Shown: one piece after another, positions 50,080 through 61,190 of the stretch
How positions within the stretch are numbered: position 1 is the first letter of the stretch
How the letters are laid out: the number at the start of each line of letters is the position of its first letter
DNA from: Hemiscyllium ocellatum
Lineage: Eukaryota
Assembly: GCF_020745735.1 (NCBI RefSeq)
Contig: NC_083444.1
Location: 7,384,338 to 7,448,337, forward strand
DNA length: 64,000 nt
Direction: 5' to 3'
Program-made: the position numbers and the translations under genes
The notes under the pieces: generated by a model
What the model was told of the DNA's origin: nothing
The model's database searches: none
The model's input: the letters and a program-made list of their open reading frames with translations, nothing else

Positions 50080-50469
50080 TACATGTGGTGTGTGAGGATT
50101 GGGAGATAGGATGTTCTCCTGTCGATAATGCAGCCTGGGTTATGGTAGATTACATGGGCTATCCCCAGGAATACAGCAAGCTGTTCCGTTCTATGACTAA
50201 TGCTCCAGGAAGGCACTGTGTGGTCCCCATCTAATACCGTGTCAGAGTCAGTCACATGTATTGATGGTTGGTACTTACATGTCCATGCTCCCTTTCCTGA
50301 TATTACCTGCACAGACAGGGAGATAAACAAGGAGTAAGCACAGAGACCATTGTCACCATGGAGACTAGGACTGACGGGATTTGACACCCTGTGCAGTTTG
50401 CAGACAGCCCATTAGTAGAAGGAGAATATTTTTAACTTCGTGTTGACAAAAATGAGATGTGGGTGCCGC

Positions 50470-51830
50470 AACATTTATTGCTCGTCCCTAATTGCCCCTC
50501 GAGACAGTTGCCTTCTTGAACCGTTGCAGTCCCATGTAGCGTAGGGACACCCACACAGCACCATTAGGGAGAGATTCGCAGGAGACCCAGCGACACTGAA
50601 GGAACGGCCGATATATTCTCAAGTTGGGATGGGGAGTGGCTTGGAGGGGAACTTGCAGGGGGATGGTGTTCCCATGTATTGGCTGCCCTTGTCCTTATTG
50701 ATGGAATTGGTCATGGGTTTGGAAGATGGTCTCGAAGGATCTTGGGTGAATTGCTGCAGTATATCTTGTAGACGGTACATACTGAGCGTCGGTGAGGTAG
50801 GGAAGGGATGTTTGTGAATGAGGTGCCAGTCAAGTGGGGGCTACTTTGTCCTGGATGTGTCAAGCTTCTCAAGTGCTGTAGGAGTTGCCCCCATCCAGGG
50901 CAAGTGGGGAGTATTCCATCACACTCCTGAATTGTGCCTTGTCGATGGTGGACAGGCTTTGGGGAGTCAGGAGGTGAGTTACTCACTGCAGTATTCCTAG
51001 TCTCTGACCTACTCTTGTAGCCACTGTGTTTCTATGGTGAATCCAGCTGAGTTTCTAGTCAATGGTAACCCCCAGGATATTGATAGTGGGGGGATTCAGA
51101 GATAGTAACACCATTGAATGTCATGGGGCGGTGGTGAGATTGTCTGTTATCGTCATAGCCTGGCATTTGCGTGGCATGATGTTAGATGCCACTTGTCAGC
51201 CCAAGCTTGGATATTGTCCAGATCTTGTTGCATTTGGACACAGACTGCTTCAGTATCTGGGGAGTGGCGAATGGTGCTGAACATTGTGCAATTATCGGTG
51301 AACATCCCACTTCTGATCTTATAGTGGAGGTAAGGGCATTGATGAAGCAGCTGAAGATGGTTGGGCCTAGGACACTACCCTGAGGGACTCCTGCAGAGAT
51401 GTCCTGGAGCTGAGATGACTGACCTCCAACAACCACGAACATCTTCCTACGTGTCAGGGATGAGTCTAACCAGTGGAGTGTTTGCTCCCTGCTACCCATG
51501 GGCTCCAGTTTTGCCAGGGCTCCTTGAAGCCACACTCACTCGATTGCAGCCTTGATGTCAAAGGCTGTCACTCTCACCTCCCCTCTGGAAGCTAGCTTCT
51601 TTGTTTATGTTTGACCCAGGGCTGTAATGAGGGCAGGAACTGAGTGGCCCTGGAGGAACCCAAACTGGGCATCACTGAGCAGGTTATTGCTGAGTGGGTG
51701 CTGTTTTGCTGATGACACTTTACTGATGATCGCGAGGCGACTGATGGGGCAGCAATTAGCCAGGTTGGATCTGTCCTGTTTTTTATGTCCAGGACATATC
51801 AAGGGAAGGGTCACTGGCTCGAAAGGTTAA
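50470..51830 (-). mobile_element. Second LINE family (CR1/L2-group), RT and 3' end
   Basis: ORF 51182-51535 has [20 protein letters not shown]; 3' part matches 17050-17885. Confidence 0.8.
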
Positions 51831-52059
51831 CTGTGTTTTTTTCTCTACAGATCTTGTTAGGTGCTGAAGATTTTCTTTGGCAATTTCTCTTATTGCTAGA
51901 ACTTTCCATATTGTCAGGTAGATGCCAATGTGACAACTGCATGTCTCAATCGTTGCTTTGGCCAAATCATGCTGCCTGCCATCTTGGTTGCTTACATTGG
52001 TGGTAAACTTCTGGCTGCCTCAGTATGGGCGAGCACAGCAATACCCACACTTTGATTCG

Positions 52060-52620
52060 CGTTGTTGCCCCTCTGGTAGACAGGGTAGTGAAGAAGCTTA
52101 CCTTTATTGGTCAGTGAATTGAGTACAGGAGTTGGGAGGTCATGTTGTGGCTGTACAGGACATTGGTTTGGCCAATTTTGCAATATTACGTTCAGTTCTG
52201 GTCTCCCTACTATAGGAAGGATGTTGTGAAACTTTGAAAGGGTTCAGAAAAGATTTACAAGGATGTTGCTGGGGCTGGAGGGTTTGAATTATAGGGAGAT
52301 GTTGGATAGGCTGGGGCTGTTTAGCTTAGAGTGTTGGAGGCTGAGGGGTGACCTTATAGAGGTTTATAAAATCATGAGGGTCAAGGATAGGGTAAATAGA
52401 CAAGGCCTTTTTCCCCAGGGTGGGGAAGTCCAAAACTAGAGACCAAAAGGTTTAAGATGAGAGGGGTAAGATTTAAAAGGAACCAGGGGGGCAAATGTTT
52501 CACACAGAGGGTGGTGCACATATGGAATTGACTGCCAGAGGAAGTGGTGGAGACTGGTACAATTACAACATTTAAAAGGCATCTGGATGAGTATATGAAT
52601 AGGAAGGGTTGAGAGGGATA
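52060..52620 (+). mobile_element. CR1 3' fragment
   Basis: Same RT C-terminal sequence as other copies. Confidence 0.85.
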
Positions 52621-53254
52621 GGTGACAATACCAATTGAGACCTGCCCTACCTCTCCCTCTGTGCTCCTCAGTGCCCCGCCAACTTCAGCGTAGGCAGTGG
52701 GCAATGATGGCAAAAGATTTCTCTGAGGTAACGGGTGCCCCTATGACCGGTGCCAATTGGTTGGTACACGGGCACCACTGACGTAGAGAAACGGGCACAG
52801 TAATAAAACTAGGCTGGTCAAACTCTGGGAGTGTGCGATGGCACAGGGGAGTGGAAATCCAGCCAATCACAGTGTAGCAAGTCACTCCAGGAGCCAAACC
52901 TGGTGGGATCTCCGTTGGGCCCCCGAAACCCGACGGATTCACATCTCGGGGTTTAAAAAGAGTGAAAAAAATCCCGCCCTCGAGGGGGAAGGGGTCCCTG
53001 CCATCCCTTTACCCGGTCTGGGCAGCACACGTGACTCCAGACCCGTGGCGACGGAGGTTGACGCTTGAGCTGCATTCTGGGAAAGAAGGGTCGCTCTGCG
53101 AGAAGGGAAGGGGGTGCTTCTGTGGAGACAGGAGGAGAATGCCACCTTCATGAGGGCAACTGGGTACTCGTTGGCACCCCATAAGTGACGCCCGGGTCCC
53201 TTGGAGGAAGTGGCCCATGGCGAGGGGTGTGGGTACTGGGGATGGACTCCTTAC

Positions 53255-53470
53255 CTCGCTGCTGACGTTTCTTCTTGCGGACGTATACAGTAGCTGCTAT
53301 CGCCATGATAGCAATGAGCACTATCACTACACACGCAGTCGCTACAATCCAGGCCAGCTTCTGACGTTTTCCCGTGTTTGTTACCATGGTTCTGGAAGTA
53401 GTGAGTTGCCATGTTGAAACCGTGGTGGGGTTGACTGTGGATTTGGAAGGAATTGGTTGTTGCGTTGAAG
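53255..53470 (-). CDS. PILR/Siglec-like receptor, mucin-like stalk + transmembrane exon
   Basis: ctctctag acceptor (53471), GTAAGG donor (53254), phase 1-1; STQQPIPSKSTVNPTTVSTWQLTTSRTMVTNTGKRQK-LAWIVATACVVIVLIAIMAIAATVYV-RKKKRQQR; uncharged TM followed by a basic stop-transfer run. Confidence 0.88.
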
Positions 53471-53662
53471 CTAGAGAGAAAGAGAGAGAGGACCACTTTC
53501 ATGAAAGTAAGATCGGCGCCACACAAATTCCAGGCAATGGCTATCTCCAACAACTGCTTGACATTCAGTGGTGTTATCGAGGCTGAATCCCCAATCCCCT
53601 CCCACACGATCAACATCCTGGGTAGTGGGGTGGGGGGTTACCATTGACTAGAAACTGAACTG

Positions 53663-53869
53663 AGAGAAAGTGAGGACTGCAGACACTGGAGATCAGAGTT
53701 AAAAAGGGAAAGGACAGGGGGTCAGGCAGCATCTGAGGAGCAGGAGAATCGATGTTTCAGGCATTAGCCCTTCATCAGGAATGTGATAAAGGGGCTAATG
53801 CCTGAAACATCGATTCTCTTGCTCCTCGGATGCTGCCCGACCTGCTGTGCTTTACCAACACCACATGTT
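53663..53869. mobile_element. Palindromic Penelope-like tail insert with 19-bp target-site duplication
   Basis: ttgactagaaactgaactg at 53644-53662 and 53870-53888; the inverted arms meet at the hammerhead core (~53780). Confidence 0.85.
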
Positions 53870-53904
53870 TTGACTAGAAACTGAACTGGAAGATTAAAAC
53901 CCAC

Positions 53905-54000
53905 CACTCCGGTAATTATACATGGTTGTGGAAGTAGTGGGTTGCCATGTTGAAACCGTGGTGGCTTTGACAGTGGATTTGGAAGGAATTAGTTGTTGCA
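53905..54000 (-). CDS. PILR/Siglec-like receptor, duplicated mucin-like stalk exon
   Basis: tttcag acceptor, GTGGGT donor, 96 nt phase 1-1; QQLIPSKSTVKATTVSTWQPTTSTTMYNYRS is paralogous to the start of the 53255-53470 exon. Confidence 0.72.
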
Positions 54001-54059
54001 CTGAAATGAATTCTGATGAACAATCAACTTGACTCGAAACGTTAGCTTGCTCTCTCTCC

Positions 54060-57000
54060 TGGAAAAATGCCTTATAGGTCTTTCTATCTTCTCATCATCT
54101 TCCTGTAAGAGCACAGCACCAACACCAACATCATTTGCATCAATAGCCAACATGAATTGGCTTTACGTAGTTAGATATGGCTAACATTGGGGCGGTGATT
54201 AATAAAGCTCTCAAACTGTATTCAATTAAACTTCCTACTTTTACTAAGGAACTCGGTGAGTGAAGCAGCCACACTACTAAATTTGATTCGAATTTCCAAT
54301 AAAATCTAGTCAATCCCAGGAATCATAGTACTGCTCTCTTGATTGATGGTATGGAAAACTCCCCAATAACCTTTGGTTTTATGTTCTGTGGGGCCATTTG
54401 TTGATGTTCGATAACATGGCCTCGGAAGGTGACTTGGGCTTTGGCAAGTTCACTCATGGCCAGGTTTATCACCAAGTCTGCCCCCGCGAAGCCAGTTGAA
54501 CAATTCTGATAAATATTGCAAATCTTCCTTCCATGTGTGACAAAAAAAATCACCAGGTCATCAATTGGGTAATCCAGAAATGACCAGGTTGGTTAGTCTT
54601 TGAAATGTGGCTAGCACATTTTTCACACTAAATGACATGACTTTAAATTGATACAGTCCATTTGGCAGAACGAAAGGCAAAATTGTCTTCACTCTTTCGA
54701 ATAAAGGTACCTGCAGTATCCTCTGAGTAAGTCCAACTTAGAAATAGAAGTTGCTTGCCCCACCTTTTCAATACAGTCTTCCAAATGTGAAATCAGATAT
54801 GAATCAGACTTTGTAACTGCATTGACTTTGTGATAGCCCACACATCACCATTGGGTATCATCCAGTTTTGGCACCATTATTATGGGTGAGCTCCAGACAC
54901 TGTAACTCACTTTGATTATGTTGTCTTGGGGCATGAGTTCCATCTCTTTTTGAACCTCTGTCAACTTTAAAGAGTTAAGTCCATAAAGACGTTGCTTAAT
55001 CGAAACAGAATTTCATATATCAATATCATGCATAAGTGGGTTAGTACTTCCTGGCTTATTTCGACATATCTCTCCAGGTAATAGCCATAACTCTTTTGGG
55101 TCATTTCAAATTTTCCAATGGAAGGTAATTCAATAATTTATCCCAATTTTTGACAACTTTCTTATTATCTAATTTAATTGGAGGAATGTCTAATTCAGAG
55201 TCCTCTTAGTTCTTCCCTCTGTGTTGTAACCAGTAGCTCAGCCTCCTTTTGCTTTCCTCCCCTGTCAAAATATCTGTTGAGTGTATTCACATGACACACT
55301 CTGTGAGATTTCTTTCTGCGTCGAGTCCTGATCAAATAGTCCACCTCACTCAATCTCCTTTTGACTTGATAACATCTACTTAACTATGCTTTTAAATGTT
55401 CACCTGTCTCTGGTAGTACCACTGGCACTTTATCTCCAACAGCAAAAATTGCGAGTTTTTAATTTCGTGTCTGCTTCCTGTTTCGGCATATGCTGTGATA
55501 TTTTTAAATGCTGTTGAGCCAGCTCCCTCACTTTATTTAGCTGTTCTTGAAAATTTGACTCAGAGACCAAACATATGGTGGCTGAATTCTGACTCACCAA
55601 TTTAATGGTCCACTCATGCCAAAATAAAATTAATTCAAATGTTCTGCATTTGGCCGATTCATTTGGTGCATCTCTGATGGCAAAAAGCACAAATGGAATT
55701 CCTCTATCCCCATCATCTGGATAGTCTTGACTAGAAGCCCGCAACATGGTCTTTAATGTCTGATGCTCCCTTTCTAGTGCTCCGGATGTTCACAGTGGAT
55801 TTGAATTGTTTTGTTGCTAAGCTGTCCATAGATTCCTTGAATAGTTTTGATGTAAAGTTTGACTTTTGACTGGATTGATATCATGTAAATAATTTGAGTA
55901 ACTCTGAGTATGTATTGGATTGGCCTCTGAAAATCGAGTGGACGTATCCATTATTGTTAACAAATACTGATTCCCACTTTTTGTTTTAAGTAGGGGTCCT
56001 GTGAAATCAATTAGGATGCTTGTAAATCATTCCTCAAATGCCGGAATAGGTATTAAAGATGACTGCGTTTTTCCAGTTACCTGACGTATATGACATGTCT
56101 GGCAAAAGAGTGCTTTAGGAAACATCTCCGGGACAACCGCACCAATCAACCCCACCGCCCCATGACCAAACATTTGAACTCCCCCTCCCACTCTGCCAAG
56201 GACATGCAGGTCCTGGGCCTCCTCCACTGCTGCTCCCTCACCATTCAACGCCTAGAGGAAGAATGTCTCATCTTCTGCCTTGGAACCCTTCAACCCCAGG
56301 GCATCAATGTAGACTTCACCAGTTTCCTCATTTCCCCTCCCCTCACCTTACCCCAGTTCCAACCTTCCAGCTCAGCACCATCCTCATGACCTGTCCTACC
56401 TGCCAATCTTCCGTGCCACCTACCCGCTCCACCCTCCTCTCCGACCGATCACCTTCATCCCCACCCCCATCCACCTATTGCACTCTTAGCTACCTTCTCC
56501 CCAGCCCCAATTCACCCCCCTCCCATTTACCTCTCCATCCCGGACACTGCCTGCCTCATTCCTGATGGAGGGCTTTTGCCCGAAACGTAGATTTTCCTGC
56601 TCCTCGGATGCTGCCTGACCTGCTGTGCTTTTCCAGCACCACTCTAATCTTGACTCTAATCACCAGTCCTCACTTTCACCAAATATACAACTACATCCTT
56701 GAGCTGTTCAGGCCAGTAAAAATGTTTTTATATTTTAGCTTGAGTTTTTCCTACCCCTAAATGACCTCCTACTGGCAATTTATGCACGACCCACAACACC
56801 ACCTCTCTATAACCCACTGGCAATACGACGTGATGAATCTCTGCCCATTTCCCATCTGCCTGAATACGTGATGGTCTCCATTTCCCTCAGTAAGGCATAA
56901 TTTTTATGATAGTTGCACACTGGGATACATCTACAGTCTTCGTCCAAGTATGCTTTTTGATACAATCACTTCAGTTTTTTGTCTTTCTCTGAGCTAAAGA

Positions 57001-58902
57001 TATCCACGTCGTCCTCCACCTGTTCCTGTTTCATCTCATCTATCTGATCAACCAGGGTCTCTGATAATTCGACTTCAACTTTCTTATCTGTATTCTTTGA
57101 TTTCTCCTCTTGTTCCAACTGGTGACTTTGTGACCTCGTTACCATACAAGCAGAACAAGTCCCAGGATACTCTCCCTGTACCATCTCAGTTGCCTGATTT
57201 TCCACTGGCTTTTCAACCACATTAGGCAGCACTCCCACTATGACCCAGCTATATCATTAGCAAGGACAAATTATATTCCAGGATTTGAGAGTTTTTCCAA
57301 TCCTGCCACCATGACTTATTCCACTCTTTACTGTAACCTCACTCTACACAATTGAACACTTTATGTCTCTCCGTGAGTTCCACGTATTAGCACTCTTTCT
57401 GGTAATCATCCTTTTGAGTTACATATCTCCTCAGCTCTCAACATCAAAGATTGACATGATCCCATATCTCTTAATACTGTAACCTCTTTGCCTGCTGCTC
57501 CTGGTCTATGCGAGTGAGACTTACCATTGCACATAAATGGTTTAAGAAGATGTAGCACTTCCTCCTTACCCAATCTCTGACCAGGTTGTACATTCTGATG
57601 CAGCTTTCTTGCCTCCACTGTCCTTTCTGTTAACACACCAACAGAATTCACTGGCTTCTCCTGTTTCCTACATCTGGCTTTTCCAGACCCACTAACACTG
57701 TGATTTCACACGGCAGTGAAAACACCGGAGCTTTTTAACTTCTCTTTCCCCTTTCATGGGTTTCCTTTTGACCCTGTGGTAAGTTATCCCGATGATCTTC
57801 AGTGAGATCTACCTTTCCCTTTCCACATGAGGATTCCTCTTTGCCCCAGTTTCTATCTCTCACGGATTCAAATTGATGTTGGAAGCCAAACTTTGATTTA
57901 TGAACCAACTCATAACCATCAGCCATTTCAGCTGCTAATCTTAGTGTCTTCACTCTCTGCTCTTCCACAGGAGTTCTCACTACCACAGGAAGCGAATTTT
58001 TGAAATCTTCCAAGGTAATTGTCTCTCTAAGAGCATCATAGGTTCCCTCCATTTTTAATGCCCTTCTCCACTGCTCAAAATTACTTTGTTTGATCCTTTC
58101 AAACTCAATATAGGTTTGACCAGGGTCCGCCCTTAGATTCTTAAAACATTGTCTGTCAGTTTCTGGCACAAGTCCATATGCACTTAAGCTGGTTTTCTTC
58201 ACCACCTCATATCCCCAGGTACCTCCTCTGATAGGGATGTGAATACCTCAGGAACTCTACCTCCCAGCTTTGTTTGGATTGACAAAACCCACATGGGCAC
58301 TGGCCACTGCATTTGTTTAGCCACCTCCTCAAATGAGATGAAAAAGGCTTCTACATCCTTCTCATCAAATTGAGGCAACGCTTGGACGCATTGAAACAGG
58401 TCCCCACCAGGCCTTCTGCTCCCAGGGGTTTGCTCATCCTCACTCTCTCCCTCCCTGAGCTTACCTTTTCCTTTCAAGCTGATTTTCCTGGCTAAGTGCC
58501 AATTCAAAACGTTCAATTTCCCTCTCTTTCTTCTCTCCCTTTCTCTCTTTCCTCTCACTATTTATCCTTTGGTTCTGCTCGGGTGATGCGTTCGTTTTCT
58601 CTTAATTCAAACTAGTCTATTTCCAATCATATTGCATTTCTATTTCTCTTCTTTTGCCTTTTGCCAGTAACTCAAGCTGCTTCATGTTCAATTGGACTTT
58701 AGCCATTTCCAAAGATGCTGATGGCATTTCCAGCAAATTTGAAATGCTGAGCCGTTGCTGTAATGTTCTCTCCTTTTCTCATGGATGAAGGCAACTCCAA
58801 CTTGCCTACCAATCCCAGAAGCTTTTCCTCGTTCACCTTTTGTAAAGGTCCCAAAGTCACCTCTTCCACCCCCAAAAAACTCCTAGCGACTGAAAGAGCC
58901 AT
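54060..58902 (-). mobile_element. Decayed Gmr1-like Ty3/gypsy LTR retrotransposon internal region (gag with SCAN-like domain, PR, IN, RT, partial RH)
   Basis: In transcript order: gag 58902-57700 (PETDRQCF...W...LEDFKNSLP), protease LRDMGSCQSL ~57460, integrase GHLG..KT...FYWP...CQTC ~56780-56080 and IDFTGPL ~56005, RT LDLLRGY ~54725 and IDDLVIF ~54560, RH remnant ~54100-54250; many stops and frameshifts. Confidence 0.82.
56108..56680 (+). mobile_element. Penelope-like 3' fragment inserted in the gypsy integrase zinc finger
   Basis: CFRKHLRD.RTNQPHRPMTKHLNSPSHSAKDMQVLG plus tail; the flanks rejoin as KDVVVY-FCQTCH. Confidence 0.85.
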
Positions 58903-59339
58903 TCCTCCCCCAAGCAGGGTTTAAACCAACCGCATTCAACACCCGGAACAAAAGACAATAACACCTACCACTTGCTGCCTTTGAGTCCAACCACCCTAAT
59001 CCCAAATTGGAACTATCAAATAAATCCTGACAAGAGTTTTCAATCTGTTATGGACCAGGCCAGACCTCCTCAAAACACTTTAGGAACGGAACCCAGACCT
59101 GAACTTTATCATATTTTAAAGGTAGATGTGCCGTGGATAGTCCAGGTGTGATGCAGCTGATCATACCACCCAGCTTGAAGCAAAATAGAATTTATTGAAG
59201 CAATAAATAAACAAAAGAATTTACAATAACTGCACTATTTGAAAACCCAACTGACTTAACGAAGGAGCCTTTCCAATTCCCACAACATCCCAAGAATACT
59301 CATTCAGAAAGTAAGGAGGCTTGGGATACAGGGAACCTG

Positions 59340-60370
59340 TCTGTCTGGATACAGAAGTGCCTGGAGCTCGGTGACCAGTGGTGTGACGCAGGGATCGGTT
59401 CTGGGACCTCTGCTCTTTGTGATTTTTATAAATGACTTGGATGGGGAAGTGGAAGGGTGGGTTAGTAAGTTTGATATGAAGGTTGGTGGAGTTGTGATAG
59501 TGGGGAGTGCTGTTGTAGGTTGCAATAGGCAGCACAGTGGTTCAGTGGTGAGCACTGCTGCCTCACAGCGCCAGGGGACCTCGGGCGACTGTCTGTGTGG
59601 TGTGTGCACATTCTCCTGTGTCTGTGTGGGTTTCCTCCCACAATCCAAAGATGTGCAGGTTAGGTGAATTGTCCATGCTAAATTGTCTTTGTGCTCAGGG
59701 ATGTGCAGGTTAGGTGGATTAGGCAAATATAGGATAGGGGAATAAATCTAGATGGGTTAGTCTTTGATCAGTGAGGATTTGTTGGGCTGAAGGGCTTGTT
59801 TCCACAGGGTAGGGATTCTAATTCAACGGGACATTGACAGGATGCAGAGTTGGGCTGAGAAGTGGCAGATGGAGCTCAACTTGGAAAAGTGTGAAGGGAT
59901 TCACCTTGGAAGGTCAAATTTGGATGCAGAGTACAGGGTTAAAGGCTGAATTCTTGGCAGAGAGCAGAGGGATTCTAGGTCCATGCCCATAGATTCCTCA
60001 AATTTGCCATCAAGTTGATCAGGTTGTTAAGAAGGTGTAAGGTGTGTTGGCTTTCAGTAGCAGGGGATTGAGTTTAAGAGCCACAAGGTTATGCTGTAGC
60101 TCGATGGAGCCCTGGTTAGACCACTCTTGGAATATTGTGTTCAGTTCTGGCCGCCTCATTATATAAAAGATGTGGAAGCTTTAGAGAGGGTGCAGAGGAG
60201 ATTTACTAGGACTGGACTGGAGGGCATGTCTTATGAGGAAAGGTTGAGGGAGCCAGGGCTTTTCTCATTGGAGAGAAGAAGGATGAGAGGTGACTTGCTG
60301 GAGGAGTGTACAAAATGTTGAGAGGCATAAGTAGAGTGGATAGCCAGAGACTTTTTTCCAAAGCAGGAAT
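59340..60370 (+). mobile_element. CR1 RT fragment interrupted by a V-SINE (~59529-59820)
   Basis: [22 protein letters not shown] before the SINE; [11 protein letters not shown] after it. Confidence 0.85.
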
Positions 60371-60574
60371 GTCTGGAGTGGGCTACTTTAAACAAGGGCA
60401 GGCAACTCTGCCTTTACGATCCCCCCCCCGCCCCGAAAAAAAAAAGGACAAAAGAACCTTGTTAAAGGGGCAGCAATGTCACAAGTGGTTCAAGAAGGCA
60501 GCTCACCACCACCTTCTCAAGGGGCAATTAGGGATGAGCAATAAATGCTGGGCCAGTCAGCAACATCCATGTCC

Positions 60575-61190
60575 CCAGGGTCAATGTAAATACATATTGC
60601 TGGATGGCAGCAAACACCACATCGGACAGACAGGCAGCAAACTAGCCACCAAGATACACGGACATCAGCTGGTCACCAAAAGGCATGACCCACTGTCACT
60701 AGTATCCTGACATACGGATGGAGAAGGACACCATTTCGACTGGGACAACACATCCAGCCTGGGACAGGCTAAACAGAGACATGCACGGGAATTCCTAAAT
60801 GCCTGGCATTCAAACTGGAATTCTATCAATAAACACATCGACTTGGACTCCATTTATCAACCTCTGAGAATAAGGACCGGAAATGATATCATCCAACTTA
60901 AAGGGACCAAGACACAGAAAGCTGAACAGAACACCAGTGCTTCGCAGGAAGCTCACCGATGATGTCCGATGAAGGGCTCCGGCCCAAAACATCGATCCTC
61001 CTGCTCCTCGGATGCTGCCTGACCTGCTGTGCTTTTCCAGCCAACACACTCTCAACTCTGATCTCCAGCATCTGCAGACCTCACTGGCTCCTCACTGATG
61101 ATGTTCCCGAGCATGGTGACGAACCGTCTGGGAACAAGCCTTCCAGCTCAGTGAGCAAACTTACAACCCAAACCTCACCCTGAGCTACAA
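60575..61190 (+). mobile_element. Second Penelope-like family, GIY-YIG 3' end, with a family-1 tail inserted (60966-61090)
   Basis: HIGQTGSKLATKIHGHQLVTKRHD...FDWDNT...AREFLNAWHS; own degenerate hammerhead caCTGATGAtgtt...gacGAAccGTCtg at ~61093-61130. Confidence 0.75.

Noticed and set aside
53148-53254. Read-through tail of the TM ORF with VTYGVP as an ITIM
   Set aside because: Lies past a strong GTAAGG donor, and position +3 is Pro, which does not fit the ITIM consensus
59046-59340. Possible 5' LTR of the gypsy element (TGTTA at 59046)
   Set aside because: No second LTR, primer-binding site or TSD could be identified, so it is unverified
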